DNA of 64,000 nucleotides from Candidatus Poribacteria bacterium (GCA_963665235.2 CAXXLX010000001.1:1056001-1120000); one strand, 5' to 3'; shown: positions 7,954 to 17,660, numbered from the stretch's first letter. The notes: a model not told the origin generated them from the sequence alone. Numbers and translations: made by a program.

Positions 7954-10543
7954 CCTGTTCAGGGACGCTTGGTAATTGGTTCCGGGTACTCAGAAAAACG
8001 CTAACGGGGGTTTTACCCATCTCATGATGAATCTCCTCCGCCAAAAAAGGAAGCAACGGCGCAAAACATTGAAGAAGAACGGAGCATATTGCCTCAAACG
8101 CTATCTTCGCCGAGGTGAAACGCTCATCCGCACCATCAATTTGACATAAACTGATATAGCACTGGAAATCGGCACGACAGAAGTCGAATAAGCAGGTCCA
8201 CATGCTGTAGAAATCGTTCTCCCGATAAGCCAATTCAAAATCAGCTAAAAGTTCCTTCGTCGCCAACACTGCAAGAGTGTCCGGGGATAGCAGTGTAGTA
8301 GCCGAACTTTTATCAGTAGCACCGGAGCTGGTCTCATCCCGAAAATGTACATATACCTGCGCCGCTTCTTGTAATATTCGTTTCAACTGGGTATATTTGC
8401 GCTTGTATCTCTTTGCTAGGGTCTCAAGTTGCGCAGCACCATCCGCCTTAGCTCTGACCTTATGTAAATCGGGAGCAATTGCAATAAGTCTCAGAACATC
8501 GGCCGGGTATTTCTGAAGCATCGCGTCCGGTATCTCCATCCGCCAAACTTTTTCCGGAATGTTTTTGAGTTGTAAACGTTTAAACGGATGGCACTCTTTA
8601 ATAGGCCGACTCAGTCGGAGTGTTGCAGCCAGAACGTTCAACTCCCCTAACCATTTCAGAAACGGACGACGGGGGGCGAAAACGACACTCACAGCAGATT
8701 CAACGGAGCCCTTCTTGAAATCCGAGCTATACAGAGCTTGAAGAAGATTCACAAAATAGTTATCGATATGGGTCAACTCTTTACGGAAATCCTTCGCATG
8801 ACAGTTCGAACAGGACGTATCTGTAGGCAATAATTCCTCAACACTCAAGCGGAACCAGTGTTCGGTGCCACCACGAATTGCACTCCGCACAACGCGGAGA
8901 ACGTTTTTATCCAAGATAGGAACGTTGCAATGGTCACAGCGCAGAATCGGCAGTGGAATCCCCCACCGACGTTGCGATGACACCCGCATATCCGCAACCT
9001 TCATCATCTCTTTACGGATAGAACCCCCAAGCCGCTTGTTATAGTTGTTCCAATACTCCTTGGAATTGTTGAGCTCCTCCGTTATACTACTACCGGTAAT
9101 AGCGAAGCACCAATGTTGATACGGACGGAAAACTGATGGACTGTTACAGTGTTCGCAACACAACTGTGTCTCTTTTCGCATGCGCGCTTTTATCAAATAC
9201 TCCCGATTTTCTAATTCACTGCGGATGAACTCCTCCGCATTAAACAGATTTAGACCACACAACGAATCGGCATCCTCAGTAAATCTACCCGTCTCATCAA
9301 AGATAGGCGTTATCTGTGTAGCAGCATCGAATTGAAGAGGCACCCCAGCACCTCCTGTTCCGGGAACCTTCGAAGGAGGCTTACCCTCCTGGCCAGGTCC
9401 AGATAATGCATGGATAATGCTGTAACTCAGCGGATGATGTGCCGGATTCAAATGGATGACACTTGCCGCTAATTCTGTCCCATCGAAGGAATTTGAAATC
9501 CGATCGAACACTGCTTCAGGAATTACGAAAAACGGAAGCTCCGTTAGTGAGAAAAGAGGATGTGACACAGTGTGTTCTATCAGCTGAGCCGTTTTCAATT
9601 TGGCGATGGGTATGGGATAATCGTCCCGCGTCGCGTTCGGGTTTTCAAACATTTTTAACTGCGGCTCAGCGAAAATCAGATAATCGCTCTTAAACTCCAT
9701 AAGCCAATAGTTAACCTCTTCGCGAATGCCTAAGGCAATTGTACCGGCTATCTCCCAGAGCTGCGATATCGGAAGAAGCATCGCAAAAAAAACATTCACA
9801 CCGAATTCTTCGAAACCGGTATTGAAGGGAAACTTGATGTATGTATGTGAGGTATCTGTCGGAACCTGTGTAACGGTTTTGCCGAGCTCTAACGGTGTGG
9901 TGCATTTTGGGCACCAATGGCTCAGTTGCGGTTCATCGAGTAGGTATTCTAAATCTCGCAATCTATCTAGAACGCTAAAAAGTTTAGTGTCATAGCGCGC
10001 CTCTAATGTTCTGTCGGTGGAGCTCCAGTCAGCAAAAATGCCGAGGGATTCCAACTTCTGCCGCTGCTCTTTCAAGAGCTCGCTATAGACTTGATGGCAC
10101 TGTTTTCTAAAACCGAGCAGATTCTCCGAGTACCCAGAGGGATTCTTCTGGACAACCCCTGCCTCAATACTAAGCGGATAGGTTTCCCAAAGCGGTGAAT
10201 AGGCAATATCCTTCCCACGCATCATCTCATATTTGAGAAAAATATCCTGATAAATTTTTTGCCGAAGTGTCTCAACAGTCAACACATGCACAGGGGTCGG
10301 CTTTTCGCGAATCACATACGCGGGAATGCCATCCGTTTTGTCCGGAAATACGTAGACATTCTCCGCTGACCATAAGCTAAGCGTTACAGCCTCGCGCGAT
10401 TTTTCCGCTGTAGGTACAAGCTTCCGCGCGCGAGTCGGCCTGTTCTCAATCGGCACCGATGCCTTCGGTTTTCTACCCCGTTTCCCGGAAGATGTCTTCG
10501 CCGAAGCGGATTTTGAAAATGCTTTTGTTTTTGTGATACTCAC
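7898..10543 (-). CDS. Isoleucyl-tRNA synthetase-like protein lacking HIGH and KMSKS (probable pseudo-synthetase)
   Basis: IleRS-colinear segments (LGIFADW, WCPKCTT, SSQRRWGIPLP, KYPADVLRL, FAPLLPFLAEEI) at the yggT-ileS-lspA position, but catalytic motifs degenerate; original start probably ATG at 11950. Confidence 0.8.
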   Translation of the reverse strand: MSITKTKAFSKSASAKTSSGKRGRKPKASVPIENRPTRARKLVPTAEKSREAVTLSLWSAENVYVFPDKTDGIPAYVIREKPTPVHVLTVETLRQKIYQDIFLKYEMMRGKDIAYSPLWETYPLSIEAGVVQKNPSGYSENLLGFRKQCHQVYSELLKEQRQKLESLGIFADWSSTDRTLEARYDTKLFSVLDRLRDLEYLLDEPQLSHWCPKCTTPLELGKTVTQVPTDTSHTYIKFPFNTGFEEFGVNVFFAMLLPISQLWEIAGTIALGIREEVNYWLMEFKSDYLIFAEPQLKMFENPNATRDDYPIPIAKLKTAQLIEHTVSHPLFSLTELPFFVIPEAVFDRISNSFDGTELAASVIHLNPAHHPLSYSIIHALSGPGQEGKPPSKVPGTGGAGVPLQFDAATQITPIFDETGRFTEDADSLCGLNLFNAEEFIRSELENREYLIKARMRKETQLCCEHCNSPSVFRPYQHWCFAITGSSITEELNNSKEYWNNYNKRLGGSIRKEMMKVADMRVSSQRRWGIPLPILRCDHCNVPILDKNVLRVVRSAIRGGTEHWFRLSVEELLPTDTSCSNCHAKDFRKELTHIDNYFVNLLQALYSSDFKKGSVESAVSVVFAPRRPFLKWLGELNVLAATLRLSRPIKECHPFKRLQLKNIPEKVWRMEIPDAMLQKYPADVLRLIAIAPDLHKVRAKADGAAQLETLAKRYKRKYTQLKRILQEAAQVYVHFRDETSSGATDKSSATTLLSPDTLAVLATKELLADFELAYRENDFYSMWTCLFDFCRADFQCYISLCQIDGADERFTSAKIAFEAICSVLLQCFAPLLPFLAEEIHHEMGKTPVSVFLSTRNQLPSVPEQDDAKSEWKALKNAYKSKT

Positions 10544-11945
10544 TACGGCTGAAGCCGTGTGCTTCTTTTAGCACATCGACCCTCCTATGTGATTCCTGCT
10601 TCCGCGTCTCGTGCCTCCTTCTGAAAAACAGAAGTGGGTTGAGGTCTTACTTGCGCTCCACAGGCGTTTAGGCTCTCGGTATATCCTACCGCGAGGTTTC
10701 TCAAGTTGATTGCAGCGTTCAGGTCTCTATCTGCTCTATATTGGCAGACACTGCAATGATAAGTTCTATCGGATAATGTTAAATCTGTTTTCTTATGGCC
10801 GCAGCTGCTGCAAGTTTTACTGGATGCAAAGAACTGGCAGGCTTCGGTTACAGGGATACCGCGTGCCTCGGCTTTCGTCTTTAGCAACAATAGGAACCCG
10901 CCTAAGGCACTATCACTCAACGCCTTAGCAAGTTTGCTATTCTTTAGCAAGTTAGACACTTTTAGCGTCTCAATAACAATGCCTGACGCACGATTGACAA
11001 TATCCGTGCTTGCTTTCTGATGTGCATCGCAGCGAATAGAGGTAACTTTATAGTGGATACGCTCAACGACGCGCTTCTGCTTGAACCAGTTTTTAGACTG
11101 CGGCACTTGACGGCTCAACTTCCGTTGGGCACGGGCTAACTTTCGCTCATAGCGTTTCAAAGGCCTCGGGTTCTCATATCGCGTCCCATCACTGCACGTC
11201 GCTAAGGTATTAATACCGACATCTATACCGATTATGGGGTGCGTTGATACATCAACAGCTTCGGTGTCCTCCACTTCAACGGTGATAGATACGAACCAAC
11301 GATGCGCCGTGCGACTTATGGTCACTTTTATGATTTTGCCTACGAAACGCAACTCTTCAAATGTCTTTACCCAACCTATTTTGGGTAACCTAATCCGTTT
11401 GCCTTCCACTCTCACGGAGTGGGCAGCTGTCGTGTAGGATTGACGACTGCCACGCTTTTTGAAACGCGGAAAGCCTGAACCGTTATCAGTCCAATTCTTG
11501 ATGGCAGTCCCTAAATTGTCGATACCATATAGAGCCGCACGCTGATCTTGCGCTGAGGTCCAATCATACTCTCGCTTTTTCTCATTGAAACGATTGTTTA
11601 GCGTGAAAGTAGATAAGAAGGTATCCTCAGCTAAATTCGCTTTAAAATCAGTCAGACCCATATTGTAGGCAAAACGGGCATAACCGCATTGCGCGCTAAA
11701 CCAACGCCGCTGCTTAAAAGTCGGAGCTAAGGCAATCTTATGGGTTTTGTATGGCATCGTCTGAACTCCTGTTAGGTTGCTGACTCGCCTCGGTGAAGGC
11801 GGAGACAGAGTAACCGCTCCGCCGCTGAGGCAGTCCTATAAGTACACCACAGGGATATATCCCATGTCAACTATTTTAGCTGCTGCTGCACGAGACACAC
11901 GGGTCGGACCCAACGCTAAAGCATTGGGATTGTTAAGCAAGACCC
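10533..11945 (-). mobile_element. IS200/IS605-family (IS1341-type) tnpB-only element
   Basis: Left hairpin CCCAATGCTTTAGCGTTGGG with guide CAAT matching target TGAA; right hairpin CACGGCTTCAGCCGTAGTG with guide GAAG, ending at TCAC. Confidence 0.85.
10585..11757 (-). CDS. tnpB: RNA-guided endonuclease TnpB
   Basis: GIDVG, IVIETL, SKTCSSCG...CSVC, DRDLNAAINL. Confidence 0.95.
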   Translation of the reverse strand: MPYKTHKIALAPTFKQRRWFSAQCGYARFAYNMGLTDFKANLAEDTFLSTFTLNNRFNEKKREYDWTSAQDQRAALYGIDNLGTAIKNWTDNGSGFPRFKKRGSRQSYTTAAHSVRVEGKRIRLPKIGWVKTFEELRFVGKIIKVTISRTAHRWFVSITVEVEDTEAVDVSTHPIIGIDVGINTLATCSDGTRYENPRPLKRYERKLARAQRKLSRQVPQSKNWFKQKRVVERIHYKVTSIRCDAHQKASTDIVNRASGIVIETLKVSNLLKNSKLAKALSDSALGGFLLLLKTKAEARGIPVTEACQFFASSKTCSSCGHKKTDLTLSDRTYHCSVCQYRADRDLNAAINLRNLAVGYTESLNACGAQVRPQPTSVFQKEARDAEAGIT

Positions 11946-11954
11946 TTCATGTCT

Positions 11955-12233
11955 TTAAGGTGAAGGTGTAGGATGCAACAATGTATTCAGAATGTGTAAC
12001 AGCACAAGTAATACAATAGGTGAAACGTCAATGCCAAAATTCCGGGTTAACGGTCCAAGCACTTGGCGAATCGGTTGTAGAACCGGGTCGACCATTTGAC
12101 TCGTCGCATGAAAAATTCTACGCACGGCTAAATTCCGAGTCCCAAACACAAACCAAGAGAGAACCGCATTTACAATAACGATTATCATATAAACTTCAAG
12201 CAAGTGACTGAGAACCCTAGCGAGCATGTTCAT
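11955..12233 (-). CDS. yggT: YggT family membrane protein
   Basis: AVLSWF, DPVLQPIR, IDVSPIV; follows yggS-proC. Confidence 0.88.
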   Translation of the reverse strand: MNMLARVLSHLLEVYMIIVIVNAVLSWFVFGTRNLAVRRIFHATSQMVDPVLQPIRQVLGPLTRNFGIDVSPIVLLVLLHILNTLLHPTPSP

Positions 12234-13066
12234 AGTGGTACGTTCCCTTCCTCTTTTGTGATCCCAAGTTGTTTCGCTCGTTCAGTCGCCGCAAGAATAG
12301 CCTCAGTGACTGTAGCCCGAAAGCGACCCTGTTCCAGAGCATAGAGACCCGCTGCAGTTGTACCACCGGGGGTAGTAACACGATTTTTTAATACCACTGG
12401 ATGCTCCTGTGTCTCCGCTAGCAACGTTGCAGCACCTAACACCGTATGCGTCGCAAGCGTTTGGGCATCTTGCCGAGGCAGCCCCACCTGAACCCCCGCA
12501 TCCGCTAAAGCCTCAATAAAAAGGGCAACGTAGGCAGGACCGCTACCGCTCATCCCTGTGACAGCGTTCAGATGCCGTTCCTCCATGATTAACGACGTAC
12601 CACATGCATCGAAAATTTTCTGTGCTGTGGCGAGATGGTCCGCACCCGCTGCGCTGCCCCCTGTTAGCACCGATATTGCTGCCCCTACCGATGCAGCAAT
12701 ATTTGGCATCACCCGAACAATCGCACACGGAACCTCAAAGTAAGACTCCAAGGACGTTGTCGTAACACCCGCTGCGATGCTAATCATCCATTGCGGAGAG
12801 GTTAAACTTCGGGCAATCTGTGGCAGAATGTGTGGCACCGCTACAGGCGGCACAGCACACAGAATAATATCTGTCGTCTCCACAAGCTCCGTAATATCTG
12901 CCGCACCGTTGACCTGCCTCTCATCGCAGAGTTTTGTTACGAGAGTCGTATCTAGGTCGGTAATCCAAATTTGCTGTGCTGGCAAAAGCCGGTCCGTAAT
13001 ACTTCTCACGATGATACCGCCCATTTTCCCAACACCTATGACCCCCAACCGCATGTTTTCAATCAT
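12230..13066 (-). CDS. proC: Pyrroline-5-carboxylate reductase
   Basis: GVIGVGKMG, SIAAGV, RVMPN, SGSGPAY, VTTPGGTT. Confidence 0.95.
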   Translation of the reverse strand: MIENMRLGVIGVGKMGGIIVRSITDRLLPAQQIWITDLDTTLVTKLCDERQVNGAADITELVETTDIILCAVPPVAVPHILPQIARSLTSPQWMISIAAGVTTTSLESYFEVPCAIVRVMPNIAASVGAAISVLTGGSAAGADHLATAQKIFDACGTSLIMEERHLNAVTGMSGSGPAYVALFIEALADAGVQVGLPRQDAQTLATHTVLGAATLLAETQEHPVVLKNRVTTPGGTTAAGLYALEQGRFRATVTEAILAATERAKQLGITKEEGNVPL

Positions 13067-13284
13067 TTTTTCCCTTGTTTCCACTTAGCCCAATATGGAC
13101 AAAATGTTGGCTATTAGGTTTATGCCTGTTAGCAAGAAGTCTCCGACGCGCGTCAAAAACATCATTAGAATAACAAACTCTTGCCAATTGCTAATCGCCA
13201 ATCGCTAATCGCTAATTTATGATACCGCCCATTTTCCCAACACCTATGACCCCCAACCGCATGTTTTCAATCATTTTTTCCCTT
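13011..13284. repeat. 66-bp direct duplication (13011-13076 and 13219-13284) flanking heptamer element copy B
   Basis: Identical ATGATACCGCCC...TTTTTTCCCTT on both sides of a 142-bp insert containing GACGCGCGTC and (GCTAATC)n. Confidence 0.92.
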
Positions 13285-14001
13285 TCCGAAAATTGCCCGC
13301 CCGATTCTAACTACATTCGCACCCTCTTCAATTGCAACCTCAAAATCGTTTGTCATGCCCATAGAGAGATACGGTAACGTGATTCCGGGAAATTGTTCCG
13401 CCTTCACCTGCTCAGCAAGTGTTCGCAACAACGCGAAAGCCGGACGGTTATCCGCAGCAGACTCACTTAACCGTCCCATCGTCATTAACCCAACGATACG
13501 TACCGCGGGATACGCCAGCGATTTCTCCATGAAGTCAAAGAGACACTCTGAAGACAAACCGTGTTTAGTAGCCTCGCCAGTTGTGTTTACCTGAATTAGG
13601 ACATCTGTTTTCTGGCCCCGCGCCTCCGACCTGCGTGCTATCTCGGCTAAGAGCCTCACGCTTTCCACCGAATGAATCAGCCCGAACATGCCGAGTGCCG
13701 ATTTCACTTTATTTCTTTGCAAATGCCCGATGAGATGCCACCTACACCCTATCACAGAGGTCGCCGCACGCACCTCTTCATATTTTTGCTGCGCCTCCTG
13801 CACCCGATTCTCACCTATATCCGTGACACCCGCAGCAAGAGCCGCCTCAATTTCTGATACCGAGCGTCCTTTAGTGACAGCAACAAGCCGTACCGAATCC
13901 GGTGTTCGACCGCTCCGTTGCGCAGCTGCTCTTATACGGTCCATGACATTATAAAGGTTGTCGGCTATCTGAGCGTCCACATTTTCCTCCAGAGCAAACA
14001 T
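13267..14001 (-). CDS. yggS: PLP homeostasis protein YggS/PROSC
   Basis: LVAVTK, GENRVQE, WHLIGHLQRNK, LSMGMTNDF, VRIGRAIFG. Confidence 0.95.
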   Translation of the reverse strand: MFALEENVDAQIADNLYNVMDRIRAAAQRSGRTPDSVRLVAVTKGRSVSEIEAALAAGVTDIGENRVQEAQQKYEEVRAATSVIGCRWHLIGHLQRNKVKSALGMFGLIHSVESVRLLAEIARRSEARGQKTDVLIQVNTTGEATKHGLSSECLFDFMEKSLAYPAVRIVGLMTMGRLSESAADNRPAFALLRTLAEQVKAEQFPGITLPYLSMGMTNDFEVAIEEGANVVRIGRAIFGKGKND

Positions 14002-14025
14002 TGAGCGACCTCAAGTACTATCTTT

Positions 14026-14427
14026 CTACTTAGACCGTGTAATGAATCCGACATCTTCATCCCAGTCAGGGTCTTCATCTTCGAAAGATTCTATGTCAAT
14101 GCGCCCCTTAACAAAACCATCTGGCACAATAATGCTTATAGGTCTGCTGCTGCAAAACAGTATACCGATAACGGCTAGTGCCACCGCACAACTTACAATA
14201 CCGATACCGACCATAACAATATGCGTCGCCTCCGTGTAAACTTGCGTGACCTGGACCGCACTTACCGATTCCTGTGACAAAAGATCCGGGTATTTTTTAT
14301 CAGGATAGTTGTAGCCCCGGCGGATAAAACGGAGACCAATGATACCCGTAACAACCGAGGATATTCCAAATATTGCACGTACTAGAAAGTTAAGCATCTT
14401 CTTTAGTGTCCAATTTTTAATTCGCAA
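14026..14427 (-). CDS. Hypothetical two-TM membrane protein
   Basis: Two hydrophobic helices and an acidic C-terminus. Confidence 0.55.
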   Translation of the reverse strand: MRIKNWTLKKMLNFLVRAIFGISSVVTGIIGLRFIRRGYNYPDKKYPDLLSQESVSAVQVTQVYTEATHIVMVGIGIVSCAVALAVIGILFCSSRPISIIVPDGFVKGRIDIESFEDEDPDWDEDVGFITRSK

Positions 14428-14506
14428 TTAAGATTGCAAGCCAACCGACTCAGGTACTTAATGATACCACCTTTTTTTTTCACAATGCAAATTTATTTTA
14501 CCACGC

Positions 14507-14632
14507 CGTAGGAGCGAGCTTCGCTCGCGACCCTCTAGTATTCGGGCAAACGGTTTCCGGCTCCCAAGCGAAACAACGCATCGACCATTCCAGTTCGTCC
14601 GTTCGTAGTAGGGCGATTCATCGTCCGTTCTT
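14507..14632. repeat. GTAG-type REP-like palindromes
   Basis: GTAGGAGCGAGCTTCGCTCGCG and GTAGGGCGATTCATCG; relatives near 19046, 33253 and 45575. Confidence 0.65.
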
Positions 14633-14698
14633 CATAATTGTCCCCCTTAGATACACAGAGGACATCCCGATACTCGTACGATAACCGACCGCCGACTG

Positions 14699-15475
14699 CT
14701 ATATCTCCACAAGTTGAATAAATGAAAGCATTCTACCTGTCTGCCCCCGCTCCGCACGATGTGAGTAAAACTTATCGGTCCAACAAGCAGTGCAAAAAGG
14801 GGATACCGAAATTGCCGAGGCGGGCACACCCTTTTCAATACATTGGTTAACATTAGCAGCTTGTAGGCTCAAGTGTGTTCCGTTATGTACATTTTTCCCG
14901 AAGTGCTGTGCAAATTGGTCAAGCAATTCAGAACTTACCGCATAGCAACACCTTTGGATAGCGGGCCCTAAGTGTATCAGGCAATCCCTTGTCTCAGTGC
15001 CGAAGCACATTCTCATCTGTTCCAGGGTGGTGTTAGCGATTCGTGCAAGAGTACCACGCCATCCTGCATGGGCAATTCCGATAGCCGGGGTTGCCACATC
15101 CAAAATGAAAATCGGAACACAATCCGCAGTAAAAACCCCTAACGCAGGACCGTGCTGGGCAGTAATAAGGGCATCGCCTGTTATTTCAGGTTCACTCTCC
15201 TTTTCAAGATGCCACAAGAGGGGCACCCCCATATCTGCCGTAACGACAGTCGTGCTGTGAATTTGGCGGCAATACTTTACCGTTCGCACACCTATCTGCT
15301 CAGAAAAAATCTGTCTATTTTGGAGAACCGCTGCCGGGCTATCCCCAACATGGGTAGCCAGATTGAGAGAGGCATAAGGTGTTTTACTTACACCGCCAGT
15401 TCGGAGACTCATCCCAGCTTTGACCAAAGCAGTTGTCTCCAACTCATGAATTGTGTGATATAGATGCGTTTTCAA
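14699..15475 (-). CDS. pgeF: Peptidoglycan editing factor / YfiH family
   Basis: SLNLATHVGD, QIHS, TADCVP, HAGWRG, FYSHR. Confidence 0.92.
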   Translation of the reverse strand: MKTHLYHTIHELETTALVKAGMSLRTGGVSKTPYASLNLATHVGDSPAAVLQNRQIFSEQIGVRTVKYCRQIHSTTVVTADMGVPLLWHLEKESEPEITGDALITAQHGPALGVFTADCVPIFILDVATPAIGIAHAGWRGTLARIANTTLEQMRMCFGTETRDCLIHLGPAIQRCCYAVSSELLDQFAQHFGKNVHNGTHLSLQAANVNQCIEKGVPASAISVSPFCTACWTDKFYSHRAERGQTGRMLSFIQLVEI

Positions 15476-15798
15476 GAGTAGTAATCTTCCCGGGGTGGAC
15501 TAAAAATATCGAGGGCGCGTGCCGGCTTATCAAAAGCCTTCGCGCTATGTTTTACATCAGAAGGGATAAGATAGACATCGCCTTCCTTGAGGACTCGGGC
15601 TTCCCCATCAATCGTCAGCTCAAATGTCCCTTCCAGGACCATGCCCATCTGCTCGTGTGGGTGGCTATGCTCCGCCACAACGCTATGCGGCGTGAGGTGC
15701 ACAAACGACAGCATCAGCTTCTCCCCATGAACTGTCCGGATTGTAATATCCTCAAAAATCTGTTGCTCGGGTTGTTCGTTGATATTGAAAAAAGGCAT
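15472..15798 (-). CDS. Cupin domain protein
   Basis: HSHPHEQ...IPSDVKH...DIFSPPREDY. Confidence 0.88.
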   Translation of the reverse strand: MPFFNINEQPEQQIFEDITIRTVHGEKLMLSFVHLTPHSVVAEHSHPHEQMGMVLEGTFELTIDGEARVLKEGDVYLIPSDVKHSAKAFDKPARALDIFSPPREDYYS

Positions 15799-15851
15799 AA
15801 CGTATCTACTCCTTACCGAATTGATTTAACGTGAAAATTGGGCAAAAAGTT

Positions 15852-16598
15852 TCAATAAGGAAAAGGCGTATCTGGGTCCAGCGGCTTAACGTAAAGCACC
15901 CTTTTACAACTTGCACAATAAACCAGCTTTTCATATTTCTGCGCCTCTTTGAGGTTTTGCGGTTGAATGGTGAGGCGACAGCTTTCACACGTTCCACTTT
16001 TGGAAAGTGCCACAAAATCGGTCTTGCGCCGCTCGAGCCATCGGTGGTATTGGTCTCTGAGGGCCTGTTCTATTTTGGGTAGAAATTCGGTCCGCCGCTC
16101 CAACTTTTCAGCCAGCTCCTTTTCCAAAGTACCCTTTTCTTGTCGGAGTTCAGCCACTTTTTGAGTTGTGCTAATATCTTCTTGAGCCACCTCTGCTTCA
16201 AGCTCAGCCAATTCCTCTTTCAATTGGTCGCACGTTTCCATGAGCTCCAGAATCGCCTCCTCAGTTTCGCTATCCTTCCGCTCGAGGTATTCTATCTGGC
16301 GTTCTAGCGCACTGTACGCATCATTAGAGGTGACCGTCCGTTGTTCGTTCCTATATTTCTTACGCTGCTCCGCGTTCATATCGAGCTCAGCATTTTTTGA
16401 ACGTTGTACTTTTTCCGCCTCAGCGAGTGCTTCGGAGATTTCGGTAATATCCTCTTTATATTTCGTTACACCTGCCGCCAGCCGTTCAATACGTTCTGGA
16501 ATAGCTTGGAGCCGTTCATGGATAGACAACAGCTCTCTATCCTGTTCCTGTAGTTGATATAGCAAAGCGAGCTGTTGCCTCAAAGATTCGTTAGCCAT
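15852..16598 (-). CDS. Coiled-coil protein with C4 zinc ribbon (DUF164/CT398-like)
   Basis: Long coiled coil then CESC...CASCKRVL. Confidence 0.85.
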   Translation of the reverse strand: MANESLRQQLALLYQLQEQDRELLSIHERLQAIPERIERLAAGVTKYKEDITEISEALAEAEKVQRSKNAELDMNAEQRKKYRNEQRTVTSNDAYSALERQIEYLERKDSETEEAILELMETCDQLKEELAELEAEVAQEDISTTQKVAELRQEKGTLEKELAEKLERRTEFLPKIEQALRDQYHRWLERRKTDFVALSKSGTCESCRLTIQPQNLKEAQKYEKLVYCASCKRVLYVKPLDPDTPFPY

Positions 16599-17418
16599 TC
16601 GTTTCAACCTCCCTTTCAACGAGGTATGCGAAAAAGATACCGAGTTGATACAGAATAAAAAGCGGAATCGCCATTAGCAGCATAGACCCCGGGTCCGCTG
16701 GGGTTAGCAAGGCGGAAATGACACAGATGCCTAATAGGGCGTGACGCTGCTTCCCGCGAAAACCGCGCCAGTCAATCACACCGATACGCGCAAGAAACGC
16801 CATCACTATCGGCAACTCAAAAGCGACACCAAAACCCAAAATTAAGTGTATCACTAAACTAATATAGTTCGCCAAATCCCATCGGTTCGGTAAATTCGGA
16901 AACAGTTGAGCCGAAAAATACAACACAACCGGTGTAACAATGAAATACGCAAAAACGGAACCGATGACGAAAAACGTCACAATCACTAAAAACAGCGGTA
17001 ACGCAAGCCGTTTCTCTTTGCGATTGAGCGCAGGAAACACAAACGCCCATATCTGATATAGCACTATCGGGAGCGCAAGCAGAATCCCCGCAGCAAATCC
17101 CAACTTTAGATACGCCATAATCCCTTCCAAAGGACCAACTTTGATTAGCTCCGCATTGATATTTGAAGCATTCGTCCGCAAACTGAGCGAAAAAAAACCT
17201 AAAGTCGACCCCTCAGCACCAACTGTCGCATCAATAGCACCTGACAGCAACGTATTAATAGAATTTTTGAGCGGAAACAGGACAACCATCTCCACAGGCC
17301 CGCTAAACGTTAAACACAGAACCGTAAAAACAGCAATAGCGATAGCTGAAATGATAATCCGCCGACGGAGCTCCTCAAGATGTTCCCAAAACGTCATCGC
17401 GACATCATTAGATTCCAT
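16591..17418 (-). CDS. tatC: Twin-arginine translocase subunit TatC
   Basis: MTFWEHLEELRRR, YQIWAFVFPAL, GVAFELP, LTPADP. Confidence 0.96.
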   Translation of the reverse strand: MESNDVAMTFWEHLEELRRRIIISAIAIAVFTVLCLTFSGPVEMVVLFPLKNSINTLLSGAIDATVGAEGSTLGFFSLSLRTNASNINAELIKVGPLEGIMAYLKLGFAAGILLALPIVLYQIWAFVFPALNRKEKRLALPLFLVIVTFFVIGSVFAYFIVTPVVLYFSAQLFPNLPNRWDLANYISLVIHLILGFGVAFELPIVMAFLARIGVIDWRGFRGKQRHALLGICVISALLTPADPGSMLLMAIPLFILYQLGIFFAYLVEREVETNG

Positions 17419-17438
17419 AGCACGCCTCGTTCACAGTG

Positions 17439-17660
17439 TTAGGTCGACTCCGGTGGACCGATGTTTTTGTCCTCATCTCCGTCAACATCTACATCGTTCG
17501 CCGCCTTTGTCAGTTCGTTTTTGATATCATCGCCCGCGCTCCTAAATTCCCGAATCGCTTTCCCAAGCGACCGCCCCATCTCAGGCAGCTTCTGAGGCCC
17601 GAAGACTACAAGCGCAATCACAAGGATAACTAATATTTCCATCCCGCCTGTTCCCATCAT
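17439..17660 (-). CDS. tatA: Twin-arginine translocase TatA/E subunit
   Basis: EILVILVIALVVFGPQKLPEMGRSLGKAIREF. Confidence 0.92.
   Translation of the reverse strand: MMGTGGMEILVILVIALVVFGPQKLPEMGRSLGKAIREFRSAGDDIKNELTKAANDVDVDGDEDKNIGPPEST

Noticed and set aside
9335-9400. Gly/Pro-rich insert in the ileS-like gene as an in-frame mobile palindrome
   Set aside because: Weak symmetry and no second copy in the window
10543-10587. Stop-codon readthrough fusion of tnpB to the ileS-like ORF
   Set aside because: The 41-nt gap puts the two ORFs in different frames
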